From a virus, in the IMG/VR virus record IMGVR_UViG_3300045450_000074, positions 1-47,341 of that record: a stretch of DNA of 47,341 nt, one strand, 5' to 3'. A program made the position numbers and the translations under genes. A model generated the notes under the pieces. That model searched no databases, was not told the origin of the DNA, and worked only from the letters and a program-made list of their open reading frames with translations. This document shows, piece after piece, positions 6,921 to 14,930 of the stretch. Position 1 is the stretch's first letter. Every line of letters starts with the position of its first letter.

Positions 6921-8375
6921 ATGAGGTTCGACGCCACCGCCGGAGCCAAGCTCCTACCGCTCCAAATGCGGGCCGCCGACGTCGAGCGATGGCTCCTCGA
7001 CCGCGATCCCACCGCCTCGGGCGCATACGGGACGATCTCCAAGGAGGAATATGCGCGCTCGTTCACCGCCGCGCGCACCGCCGGGACCGATATTGCCGAT
7101 GACCTCTATTTCGCGTTCGTGGACGTCGTGTCCCGGTCCGGGACGGAGGACGATTTCTCCAAGCTCGTCATGCCGATCCTACGGAAAAAGGGATGGCTCG
7201 GCGGCGACGAGGGGCAGATCGCCCGACGGGTCGAGCTGATCTATGACACGAACCTCCGCCTCGCTCGCGCCGCGGGCCGGTGGGATCGCTATTGGTCGAC
7301 CCGCGCCGCGTTCCCGTACCTCCTCGCCTTCACGGCCGGCGACGAGCGCGTCCGCCATCCGCCCGAAAGCAAGCATTCCGACCACCGCGCGTGGGACGGC
7401 ATCCTCCTGCCGATCGAGCATCCGTTCTGGCGCGAATATTGGACCCCGCTCGGGTTCCGGTGCCGGTGCGGTATCCGCCAGCTCACCCGGTCGCAGTTCG
7501 CGCGCCTCAAGCGGGGCGAGACGAGCGAGAGCGATCTCGCCGCGCGCAAGGCCCGCCTGGGGCCGCCCGTGTTCCTCGCGCCCTCCCGGCCGATCGCGGC
7601 GCAGCTCGACGCCATGGTCGACGCGACGAACGCCTCGCGCATGCCGGGAATGCCGGCAGTCGATCCCGCCGAGACCGCGGCGGCCGGCCGCGCCGCCCTC
7701 TCGCGCGAGCAGCACGACGAGGTGACGGCGCGGATCACGGCGGAGCTTGACCGCGTCGGCCTCGGCGCGCCCGCCCCGCCCCCCGCGCCCGCGCCACAGC
7801 GCGCCGACGTCGAGAAGCTCGGCGGCGAGGCCCGATCCTACGTCCTCGACAAGGGGCGCAAGGCGGGCGTCGAATATCTCGTCGCGTTCGACGAGGCGAC
7901 CGGCCGGGAATATCAGCGGAGCAAGGGATCGCGATCGGCCGTCTCGTTCTCGCCCGCGCTGCTCTCCGCCATGCGGAACCCGGCGCGCTCGATCATCCTT
8001 CACCACAACCACCCCGGATCGACATCGCTCTCCGGCGTCGACGTGTTGCAGCTCAACGAGGTCGGCGCCCGCTCGATATGGGCGCACGGCCACAACGGGT
8101 CCTCATTCTACGCCGAGCGGGCCGGCGACACGCCGATCGCAAAGGCGACGTTCAACTCCATCGCCGAGCGCATCCGCGTCGAGCTGCAAGGCGCCGTCAC
8201 GGCGGGGACGATGACGGTCGACGACGCCGTCCTCATGCACAATCACCTGACGTGGCGCGTCATGAGCGACCTCGGCCTCCTGATCTATCGCGCCGAGCTG
8301 GCCGGCGCGAGCGGCGAGGCCTTCGCCCGGCATGCCGACCTGTTCCGCGCCATCATTGCAAGGCTCACCTCATGA
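6921..8375 (+). CDS. MuF/SPP1 gp7-type minor head protein fused to a C-terminal RadC-like JAB/MPN domain
   Basis: ORF 6846..8375. MuF signature GDERVRHPPE...WDGILLP...GFRCRCG, then a Pro/Ala linker, then EYLVAFDE...ILHHNHPGSTSLSGVD. The start may be GTG 6846 or ATG 6921. Confidence 0.85.
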   Translation: MRFDATAGAKLLPLQMRAADVERWLLDRDPTASGAYGTISKEEYARSFTAARTAGTDIADDLYFAFVDVVSRSGTEDDFSKLVMPILRKKGWLGGDEGQIARRVELIYDTNLRLARAAGRWDRYWSTRAAFPYLLAFTAGDERVRHPPESKHSDHRAWDGILLPIEHPFWREYWTPLGFRCRCGIRQLTRSQFARLKRGETSESDLAARKARLGPPVFLAPSRPIAAQLDAMVDATNASRMPGMPAVDPAETAAAGRAALSREQHDEVTARITAELDRVGLGAPAPPPAPAPQRADVEKLGGEARSYVLDKGRKAGVEYLVAFDEATGREYQRSKGSRSAVSFSPALLSAMRNPARSIILHHNHPGSTSLSGVDVLQLNEVGARSIWAHGHNGSSFYAERAGDTPIAKATFNSIAERIRVELQGAVTAGTMTVDDAVLMHNHLTWRVMSDLGLLIYRAELAGASGEAFARHADLFRAIIARLTS

Positions 8376-8527
8376 TTATCGACCCCCCTTCGGAGCTGGC
8401 CGGCCTCTCGGCATGGGCGCGGTTCCGCCGTGAAATGGAGCGCCTGGCCAAAGCCGATCCGGGGAACAGCGAGATCGCCGAACAGCTCAACCTTGCCCGG
8501 ACGATCGAGGCGCAGAAGCGCGGATAG
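8372..8527 (+). CDS. hypothetical protein (51 aa)
   Basis: ATGA overlap with the MuF stop. In frame with ORF 8078..8527. Confidence 0.5.
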   Translation: MIIDPPSELAGLSAWARFRREMERLAKADPGNSEIAEQLNLARTIEAQKRG

Positions 8528-8581
8528 ACGGAGAGCCGCCTCGGGGGTTATAGGTCGGCGACCAACCGCGAGGCCCCCGCT

Positions 8582-9253
8582 ATGTCTATGTCCGATTACC
8601 TCGAAAATGCGACGCTCAAGCTCCTGTTGCAGGGCATCGCGATTACCGGCCTCGCCGACAACGCCGGCTCCGCGCCATTCACCAACCTCTACCTCTCGCT
8701 CCACAGCGCAGACCCCGGCGATCCCGGCACTCAGGCGACGAACGAGATCGCATACGGCGGCTATGCGCGCGTTGCCGTCGCCCGCTCCACAGCCGGTTGG
8801 ACCGTCGTCAACAATGCGGCGAACCTCGCGGCCATCGCCAACTTCCCGCAGGGGACGAGCGGCGGCGGCGTCGCGACGCATTGGGCGCTCGGCGTCGCGG
8901 CGAGCGGCGCGACCAACGTGATGTTTAAGGGCGTGATCGGCTCGGCCGTTGGCCCGTTCACCGCGGCGACGACCGGGACGTTCACGATCCCCGGCTCCGG
9001 CCTCGTCGTCAACGATCGCGTGACGTTCCTATCCGTCCCCGGCTCGTCCCTCCCCACCGGGATCACGGAGGGCGCGCTGTATTTCGTCGCGAGCGTCTCC
9101 GGCGACGGGATCACGATCAGCACCACGCAAGGCGGATCGGCGGTTGCCATCACGGCGAGCGGTGACGGCCTCGCGTTCAAGGACGTCGGCGTCAACACCG
9201 GCGCCAACATCACGCCGCAGCTCGGCACCGGCACTACGATTACGCTGGATTAA
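8582..9253 (+). CDS. putative virion fibre-like protein (223 aa)
   Basis: ORF track. An N-terminal DYLENATLKLLL...YLSLHSADPG...GYARV pattern recurs in phage fibre-associated proteins (recollection only). Confidence 0.6.
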   Translation: MSMSDYLENATLKLLLQGIAITGLADNAGSAPFTNLYLSLHSADPGDPGTQATNEIAYGGYARVAVARSTAGWTVVNNAANLAAIANFPQGTSGGGVATHWALGVAASGATNVMFKGVIGSAVGPFTAATTGTFTIPGSGLVVNDRVTFLSVPGSSLPTGITEGALYFVASVSGDGITISTTQGGSAVAITASGDGLAFKDVGVNTGANITPQLGTGTTITLD

Positions 9254-9258
9254 TCGAC

Positions 9259-10728
9259 ATGGCGCTTCGCCGAGGGACGTTCTTCGACCTCCCGGCCGAC
9301 CTAAGCCTCGCCTTGTTCTCGTTCCCCATTTCGTCGTCGGTCATCCTGGACGGGAACGGGAAGATCGAGGGGATCAGGGACGTTATCGGCGACGGCACGC
9401 TTATTGCGCGCACCGCCGATTCGACGAAGCGCCACACCCTTGCCAAGATCAACGGGTTCGACAGCGCGTATAGCGCTGATACGAACAGCAACGGCATTCT
9501 ACTAACAGATTACTCTAAGCTCCCGGTCGGCGACGCCGAGCGTCATATGACTTGGGTTGTCGTGTCGCAGGACGGCGTCGTCGGCGGCTATCGTGGCGGC
9601 GGCCGTCAATATTGGATCGACAACCCGTTCCCCGACTATCGCCTCCGTACGAACGTGGCCGATTACACGGGAAGCGGCTCGACCAACAATAGCCAGCTCC
9701 ACGGGCTTTCTCTTAATCATCGAAACATATCGGGTGCGACTAGCCGATCGCAGATGATCGTCGACGGCTCGCAGCGGCTGGATCAACCGGTTACGCTCAA
9801 TACTTCGCTTGGGACGTACGGCATCAAGGGCGCGGAGCTGGCTTATTACACGATGAAAGGCAACACCGTGTTGCACTACATCGGCAAGCGCGCCGCAACC
9901 GTCGACGAGCAATACAAGATCGACAGCATCTGCCAGACGTACACCGGGATGACGCTCCCGGCTGGCCACCCTTACGCCTCGACGCCATGGATGGTCGACG
10001 ACGGGGCAGGGTCGGCGACGTTCGGCTCCTCGTTCACGTTCGCCATGGCGGTCGCTCAGGCGACGGCGATCATATCCGCGAACGGCGCGTCGAGCGCATC
10101 GTCGATCGCAATTGCGGCGGCCACCGCCACGAGCCGCGCCAACGGCATCGCCCAGGCGCAGACGTTGGCGATCGGCGCCGCCTCGCTCACCTTCTCCGGC
10201 GCGGGCGTGGCGCTTGCATCGGCTACGGCGGTCGCGGTCGGGTCGACCATATCCGCCGCCAGCGGCAACGGGGCAGCGCTCACCACGTCGGCCGCGGTGG
10301 CGCAGGGGATGACGATCGAGCGGCACCGCGGCGTGTCGCTCTCGTACGCCCTCGTCCGCGCCACGGCCGCCAGCATCGAGCAGGGCGTCGGCGTGGCGTA
10401 CGGCGCAGCGACGGCGATCGGATCGGCATCCTCGGCCGCCATCGCCAGCGGGTCGGGGTTCTCGCTCTCCTATGCGACGGCGGTCGGCGCCGGGGCGCTG
10501 GCTATGCGCGGCGATGGCGCGGCGATCGTCACCGCCTCGGCCACCGCCTCCGCCCGCGCGGCCGTGCGCGGCGACGGCTATTCGCTCGGCCTCTCCCGCG
10601 CGACCGCGACCGGGCCGGCGCAGTCCCGCCGCATCCCCCCGGACAGCCGCGGCGCGATCCTCTCCGACAACGCGTTCCGCTCGGCGATCCTTGCCGACAC
10701 CGGGCCGCGTCGCGTAACGGTCTCGTGA
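9259..10728 (+). CDS. putative fibre/receptor-binding protein with C-terminal Ala/Gly-rich tandem repeats (489 aa)
   Basis: ORF track. The N-terminal half has lower GC. About nine repeats of 20-21 aa lie at nt 10072-10620. Confidence 0.7.
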   Translation: MALRRGTFFDLPADLSLALFSFPISSSVILDGNGKIEGIRDVIGDGTLIARTADSTKRHTLAKINGFDSAYSADTNSNGILLTDYSKLPVGDAERHMTWVVVSQDGVVGGYRGGGRQYWIDNPFPDYRLRTNVADYTGSGSTNNSQLHGLSLNHRNISGATSRSQMIVDGSQRLDQPVTLNTSLGTYGIKGAELAYYTMKGNTVLHYIGKRAATVDEQYKIDSICQTYTGMTLPAGHPYASTPWMVDDGAGSATFGSSFTFAMAVAQATAIISANGASSASSIAIAAATATSRANGIAQAQTLAIGAASLTFSGAGVALASATAVAVGSTISAASGNGAALTTSAAVAQGMTIERHRGVSLSYALVRATAASIEQGVGVAYGAATAIGSASSAAIASGSGFSLSYATAVGAGALAMRGDGAAIVTASATASARAAVRGDGYSLGLSRATATGPAQSRRIPPDSRGAILSDNAFRSAILADTGPRRVTVS

Positions 10729-10746
10729 CACACGAAAGGGCCGACC

Positions 10747-11124
10747 ATGGCGATCCCGACGACTGCTAAGGCCCTACCGCAACCGCTCGATTCCAAGGAC
10801 GTCGTCGATTACAAGCTGACGATATCGAAGGCCGGCGTCGATACGGAGGCGTTCCCGATCCTTGAGGCCGACGAGACGGTCGCATCATGGGCGTTGAACC
10901 TCACGGTCGAGGCGATGGCCGCCGGTCTCACGATCAGCACGGCCGCCGGTAAGGAGCCGATCCTTATCGGAAACCTCGTCCTGTTCTGGCTCTCGATCGA
11001 CCCGGCCATGATCGGCAATTCGATGTTCAATGCCGGCGTTACGCTGGCGATGGAGCTGACGGTCGTCACCTCGGGCGGTCGGACGAAACAGCGCACCGCG
11101 ACGGTAAAGGTCATCGAACAATGA
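10747..11124 (+). CDS. hypothetical virion-associated protein (125 aa)
   Basis: ORF track with an RBS-like gaaaggg 8 nt upstream. Beta-rich sequence. Confidence 0.65.
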   Translation: MAIPTTAKALPQPLDSKDVVDYKLTISKAGVDTEAFPILEADETVASWALNLTVEAMAAGLTISTAAGKEPILIGNLVLFWLSIDPAMIGNSMFNAGVTLAMELTVVTSGGRTKQRTATVKVIEQ

Positions 11125-11369
11125 GCGAGCAAGCCCCCTTGTTGGGACAGGCGAACAACGGCGACCGCTCGCGCGTGTCGGTCGGCAAATTCACCGGGAT
11201 CGCCGGCATTCGGCGCCGGCCGCTCGGCCGCGAAGTCGCCTATTACGGCGAGGCGCCCTCGCGCTTCCCGGTCGCGATCACGATCGGCGACGAGGCGACG
11301 GAGGCGACCATGCGGATTGACAGCAAGGTCAACGGGTTCGCCGTCCTATGGGTGCCGGACGCCATCTAG
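11121..11369 (+). CDS. hypothetical protein (82 aa)
   Basis: ATGA overlap with the upstream gene. Last gene of the rightward block. Confidence 0.55.
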   Translation: MSEQAPLLGQANNGDRSRVSVGKFTGIAGIRRRPLGREVAYYGEAPSRFPVAITIGDEATEATMRIDSKVNGFAVLWVPDAI

Positions 11370-11672
11370 CGCCATGCCGCGCAGCTCGTGCGGCGTGAGG
11401 CCCCGGCCGGCGGTCGCCGGGGGCAGATAGCGGGGAACGATCCGGATCATCGTCTCGAGTCCGTGGCAGTGCCAGCAATCTAGCCGCTCAGGCGCCGGCT
11501 CCTTGACCTCGTCCCGCGCCCCGCAATCGCACGCCATGCACGAGACCGGCCACCGCGGGCCGACGAGCGCCGAGACGGCCGGCGGGGGCAGCGGGGCGGC
11601 CTTCGGCGACCGGACACGCTTCGCCGCCGGCTTCACCGCGAATAGGTCGGGGGCGTCGAACAGGTCGGTCAT
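11346..11672 (-). CDS. hypothetical zinc-ribbon protein (108 aa)
   Basis: Internal ATG of ORF 11346..12089, with ATGA overlap to the GNAT-like gene stop. CMACDC...CWHCH cysteine pairs. Confidence 0.5.
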   Translation of the reverse strand: MTDLFDAPDLFAVKPAAKRVRSPKAAPLPPPAVSALVGPRWPVSCMACDCGARDEVKEPAPERLDCWHCHGLETMIRIVPRYLPPATAGRGLTPHELRGMALDGVRHP

Positions 11673-12133
11673 AGGACGCGCCGCCATCGGCCTTTTGCGC
11701 GTGGATCGACCGCCGCCGGCCGCGCACGTCCAGGGCGATCCCATTCCTCGGCCGCCGTCTCGCCCATATACTCGAATCCAGCAGCGCGAAGGGATCGACC
11801 GTCCTCGTCGGGGAGCGTGTAGGTCCACGCCTCGCGATAGCCGAGCGCCTTTCCAGCCCGGCACAGCGCACCGTACAACATGGAACAGGCGGGCGCGGCG
11901 TGATCGCCGAGGCCGGGAAGGTTGGGGAGCGCGGCGCAACGCGTGATGACGAACCGGCCGGTTCCAAGCCATACCCTCGGAGGATTGCCGGCAAGCGCCG
12001 CGCCAACGCGACAGCCGTCGAGTTCGACTGCTACCGCGAACAGCGCACCATGGACCCGCGGCAAGTGACGGTGAACGTCGGACACCCATGCGCGGGCCTC
12101 ACGACCCGTGATCGGAGCGAGGCAATAGCTCAT
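11669..12133 (-). CDS. GNAT-like acetyltransferase-fold protein (154 aa)
   Basis: ORF 11669..12184 with an internal ATG at 12133 (ATGA overlap). The pattern ITRCAA...SMLYGALCRAGKALGY..TYTL..E.G.SLRAAGF...KGRW is typical of a phage GNAT-like family. Confidence 0.6.
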   Translation of the reverse strand: MSYCLAPITGREARAWVSDVHRHLPRVHGALFAVAVELDGCRVGAALAGNPPRVWLGTGRFVITRCAALPNLPGLGDHAAPACSMLYGALCRAGKALGYREAWTYTLPDEDGRSLRAAGFEYMGETAAEEWDRPGRARPAAVDPRAKGRWRRVL

Positions 12134-12312
12134 AGATCGAGCGTTCCATTCACCCATGTCGCCGGCCGCCCCGCCCGTCGCCACGCCTCAATTTCCGGCC
12201 GCGAGAGCGTGTTGACCCCGGCCCGCGCCGCCCGCGCGATGACGTGTTGAGGCGGGGGCAGGAGCGCGAACATATTGCGCGGCCGGGCGGTCGGGAAGCG
12301 CGCGAAGCTCAC
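12130..12312 (-). CDS. hypothetical protein (60 aa)
   Basis: ORF track. GTGA overlap upstream and ATGA overlap downstream. Confidence 0.45.
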   Translation of the reverse strand: MSFARFPTARPRNMFALLPPPQHVIARAARAGVNTLSRPEIEAWRRAGRPATWVNGTLDL

Positions 12313-12500
12313 GGCCGCGGATCAGCGGCGACCGGGACGCACGCGATCGTGACCCCGCCCCCGCGCGAGATCGCGTCGACGGCCTTCTCGGCGATCGTGC
12401 GCGCGGTCGCCTTGCACGAGGCCTCGTCGGCGAAGGTCGTCGGGGCGAATGAGACGCCGGTCGTGGCGATGATGACGAGGAGAAAACGGTTCATAGTCAT
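12309..12500 (-). CDS. small secreted protein (63 aa)
   Basis: AAGGA RBS. The signal-peptide-like N-terminus is MNRFLLVIIATTGVSFAPTTFA/DE. Confidence 0.6.
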   Translation of the reverse strand: MTMNRFLLVIIATTGVSFAPTTFADEASCKATARTIAEKAVDAISRGGGVTIACVPVAADPRP

Positions 12501-12512
12501 TCCTTTCGGGGC

Positions 12513-13184
12513 CTATCCCCATTGCTCCGCCATCGCCTTTGCGATGCCGGGATATGTTGTCGAGCGCTCAGACCAACGATCAGGCGACGGGCCAAGCGCA
12601 TTTTGCCCGGAGTCCGTCTGATTTCCCCACCGCTCGACCCCGGTCCCGAACAAGCCGAGTTGCGGCCGGCCGTCATCGACTAGGCGCGGTTTTGCGCGTC
12701 CAGTGGGGCGGAGATTGGCGAGTTTGCGACGCCATAAGACGGTAGCCTTGCTGGCGTCCTCGCCGAAATTAAACGGCTGAATGGTCTGCGGCAGTGCGAG
12801 GCGAGGCCTCACCTCCGTCCCGATGATCCCTTGCGGATTTTCGACCGCATAACCGGCGTCACTGCCCTCCTCGTCAACCCATTGGTCAAGCAGATCGAAT
12901 AGGAGCTTGGTCTCATGGACAGCGCGCAGGGTGGACGCGTGCCGCCCGTAAATCCTGTGGTTCCAATGCAAGCCGGCATTGTTGAGAAACGTGCAAGTCG
13001 GGTGCGCGATAACACGACGCGCACCGCGAAGCCCTCCCGCACGGATGAAGGCGAACACGTCTTCCACGATATGAGGGCCTCCCCGCCGAGCTGGCCGAAG
13101 ATCGACGGAGGTCGCCTCGTGACCGCGCACCGCGAAGGCGTCCCGCACGGCTCCGCTTTCCTCGAACAGGACAACGACCTTCAT
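12513..13184 (-). CDS. putative DNA methyltransferase (C5-cytosine-like fold, 223 aa)
   Basis: Internal ATG of ORF 12513..13634. Has LFEESG, HPTCTF (PC-like) and ENP (ENV-like) motifs and a C-terminal RS.TYPGIAKAMAEQW. Confidence 0.55.
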   Translation of the reverse strand: MKVVVLFEESGAVRDAFAVRGHEATSVDLRPARRGGPHIVEDVFAFIRAGGLRGARRVIAHPTCTFLNNAGLHWNHRIYGRHASTLRAVHETKLLFDLLDQWVDEEGSDAGYAVENPQGIIGTEVRPRLALPQTIQPFNFGEDASKATVLWRRKLANLRPTGRAKPRLVDDGRPQLGLFGTGVERWGNQTDSGQNALGPSPDRWSERSTTYPGIAKAMAEQWG

Positions 13185-13681
13185 GCACGAACCCCGGCAA
13201 GCCGCTTCGCAATCGTCAACGCCTTGCGCGCGGGGGACGGCCGGGGGAGCGTGCGCGCGGCGCGGCATAGGGCGTCGCAGCGGTTGTTCCATCGGGCGTG
13301 TTCGGAATGATCGTCGGGCTTGTGACCCGGTATCCATTGCGCGTCGACGCCGATCCGACGGTCGTCCTTGATCCGGTGGACCACGGCGACCGCCTTGGCC
13401 GCCGACGAGTGTTGCTTGCGCGTATAGGTCATGTTGATCCGGTCGACCGCATGCCTCGAATCCGAATAGACCCGGACGGTCGTCCCGGCCGGCGCGTGGC
13501 CGGCGCGCACGAGCTGATGCAACGCGTTGGCGATGGCGCGGCATTCCGCCGTGGCGCTGCACCGCAGATCGTCGCGCAGCCGGCCGGACAGCTCGATAGG
13601 GAGCTGACCCTCGACGATCGCGACCGTCGCCCAAGTCGCAACCCCGTCCTTGATCCCGGCGTCGGTATAGAGGCGGATCAC
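13181..13681 (-). CDS. RNase H (RNase HI-like, 166 aa)
   Basis: GTG start overlaps the upstream stop. Has IRLYTDAG, SATAECRAI, VYSDS and GH...N..CD motifs. Confidence 0.75.
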   Translation of the reverse strand: MIRLYTDAGIKDGVATWATVAIVEGQLPIELSGRLRDDLRCSATAECRAIANALHQLVRAGHAPAGTTVRVYSDSRHAVDRINMTYTRKQHSSAAKAVAVVHRIKDDRRIGVDAQWIPGHKPDDHSEHARWNNRCDALCRAARTLPRPSPARKALTIAKRLAGVRA

Positions 13682-14196
13682 GCGCGGCGGCCCATAGCGA
13701 GGCCGGCCATTTCGATCAGCTCGTCGAGGTTGACGACGGCCTCGCCGCCATTGGGCGAAGTGATGATCCACAGGCTGGCGCCGGTCGACGGCGTACGGCG
13801 CACCTTCCCGCCGATGCGCTGGATGGCGAGGATATAAGCCCCGATCCGCTGATCCTCCGCCACCTCGCGCGCACGCTTGATCGACGCTTGCGCCCGCTCC
13901 CGCTCCTCGCGGATGGCGTCGACCCGCGCCGCGGTCTGACGGCGGAAGGCCTCGCGCAGATGCCGGTCGACCTCCGCCTTGAAAATGGCGTCGACGTCCA
14001 TCGTGGGGCGCTCAGGTCGCCACGACGGCCGCTCCGGCTTCGCGCGCTGGCGGCCGGGAACGTCGAACAGGTCGAGGGACAGTCCGGCCGCCTCCGCGAT
14101 CCGTGTCCCTTGCGCGATCGCGTTCGACCGCTCGCCCTCGAACGTCGTCGAGCGCGCGAGGGCGAAACACCGCTCGGCCTTCTCGTGAGCGCTCAT
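13678..14196 (-). CDS. hypothetical protein with DUF2786-like N-terminus (172 aa)
   Basis: ORF track. EKAERCFALARSTTFEGERSNA resembles DUF2786. Confidence 0.55.
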   Translation of the reverse strand: MSAHEKAERCFALARSTTFEGERSNAIAQGTRIAEAAGLSLDLFDVPGRQRAKPERPSWRPERPTMDVDAIFKAEVDRHLREAFRRQTAARVDAIREERERAQASIKRAREVAEDQRIGAYILAIQRIGGKVRRTPSTGASLWIITSPNGGEAVVNLDELIEMAGLAMGRRA

Positions 14197-14351
14197 CGCA
14201 GGAGCCGCCGGAGCTGCTCGGCGCCCGCGTCGGACAGGCTCGCCGCCAGCCGGCGGAGGTCGAGATATTCCGGGAGGCGGACGACGTCGCCGCGCGCGGA
14301 GTCGGCCACCGCGTTGACCGCGTCGCGCACCTGATCGCCGAGCGAGCGCAT
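14193..14351 (-). CDS. hypothetical protein (52 aa)
   Basis: Internal ATG of ORF 14193..14447, abutting the upstream stop (TGATG). Confidence 0.4.
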   Translation of the reverse strand: MRSLGDQVRDAVNAVADSARGDVVRLPEYLDLRRLAASLSDAGAEQLRRLLR

Positions 14352-14581
14352 CAACCGATCAGCCCGAATAAGTACGCGAGGCCGAAGCCGACCGCGGCGA
14401 TCACGATCCACGCGATCAGCGCGGAGACGCAGCCGCGGACCGACCATTCGAGGACGTAGGGAGCGCCGACCGGCGGGCGTTCGCGATAGTCACGCAAGGC
14501 CGGGAGGCCGGCGTCGACCTCCGCACGCGCCTCCTCGACCGTCATATCAACGGGATATGGTCCGACGTAGCGGTCGTTCAT
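14351..14581 (-). CDS. C-terminally membrane-anchored small protein (76 aa)
   Basis: ORF track. The hydrophobic tail is ALIAWIVIAAVGFGLAYLFGLIG. Confidence 0.55.
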   Translation of the reverse strand: MNDRYVGPYPVDMTVEEARAEVDAGLPALRDYRERPPVGAPYVLEWSVRGCVSALIAWIVIAAVGFGLAYLFGLIG

Positions 14582-14763
14582 GGCAACTCCTTGCGGCGCT
14601 TGGCGCGCTCATAGTCAATGACGAGGCGCTCGTCGCCGGCATCGAGCCGGGCGGCGGCCTCGGCGGCGGCAACGGACGTGTGAGGGAGGTTCCCCCATGC
14701 GCCCGGCTTGGACAGGTTCGCCCCGGTCGAGCCGGGATAGGTCGTGACGACGTAGCGGATCAC
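14578..14763 (-). CDS. hypothetical protein (61 aa)
   Basis: ORF track. GTGA and ATGA overlaps with its neighbours. Confidence 0.45.
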   Translation of the reverse strand: MIRYVVTTYPGSTGANLSKPGAWGNLPHTSVAAAEAAARLDAGDERLVIDYERAKRRKELP

Positions 14764-14930
14764 AGGAACGACACCGCCCGGCCGTGGACGCGGCCGGTCG
14801 CGTCGAGCATCGCCTCACGGTCGAAAGCGGATTGCGCCTCGCGCGGGTCGGTCGTCGAGACCGGCTCGCGATCCCCGCGGAAACGGCGCTCGCCGTCGCG
14901 CAGGGTGCGGAGCTTCTGACCGGCCTTCAT
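14760..14930 (-). CDS. hypothetical protein (56 aa)
   Basis: Internal ATG of ORF 14760..15017, with ATGA overlap to the upstream stop. Confidence 0.4.
   Translation of the reverse strand: MKAGQKLRTLRDGERRFRGDREPVSTTDPREAQSAFDREAMLDATGRVHGRAVSFL

Noticed and set aside
2376-8375. Mu-like head genes considered as evidence of a transposable (Mu-type) phage
   Set aside because: No MuA/MuB-like transposase, no Ner/c repressor pair and no terminal att-type repeats are present. Replication genes are of the DUF1376/RusA/Sak4 type. Only the head module is Mu-like.
9259-10728. Repeat-rich fibre gene considered as a diversity-generating retroelement (DGR) target
   Set aside because: No reverse transcriptase ORF (no YxDD motif) and no template repeat elsewhere were found. 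The repeats are intragenic tandem units.
12513-13634. Long N-terminal extensions in the ORF track, for example 12513..13634, 14981..16417, 36085..37323, 38325..40007, 22815..26828, 44299..45876 and 17314..18405
   Set aside because: The upstream parts overlap the preceding gene in another frame and read as Arg/Pro-rich noise. Internal starts with an RBS or with ATGA/GTGA coupling give products beginning at the conserved N-termini.
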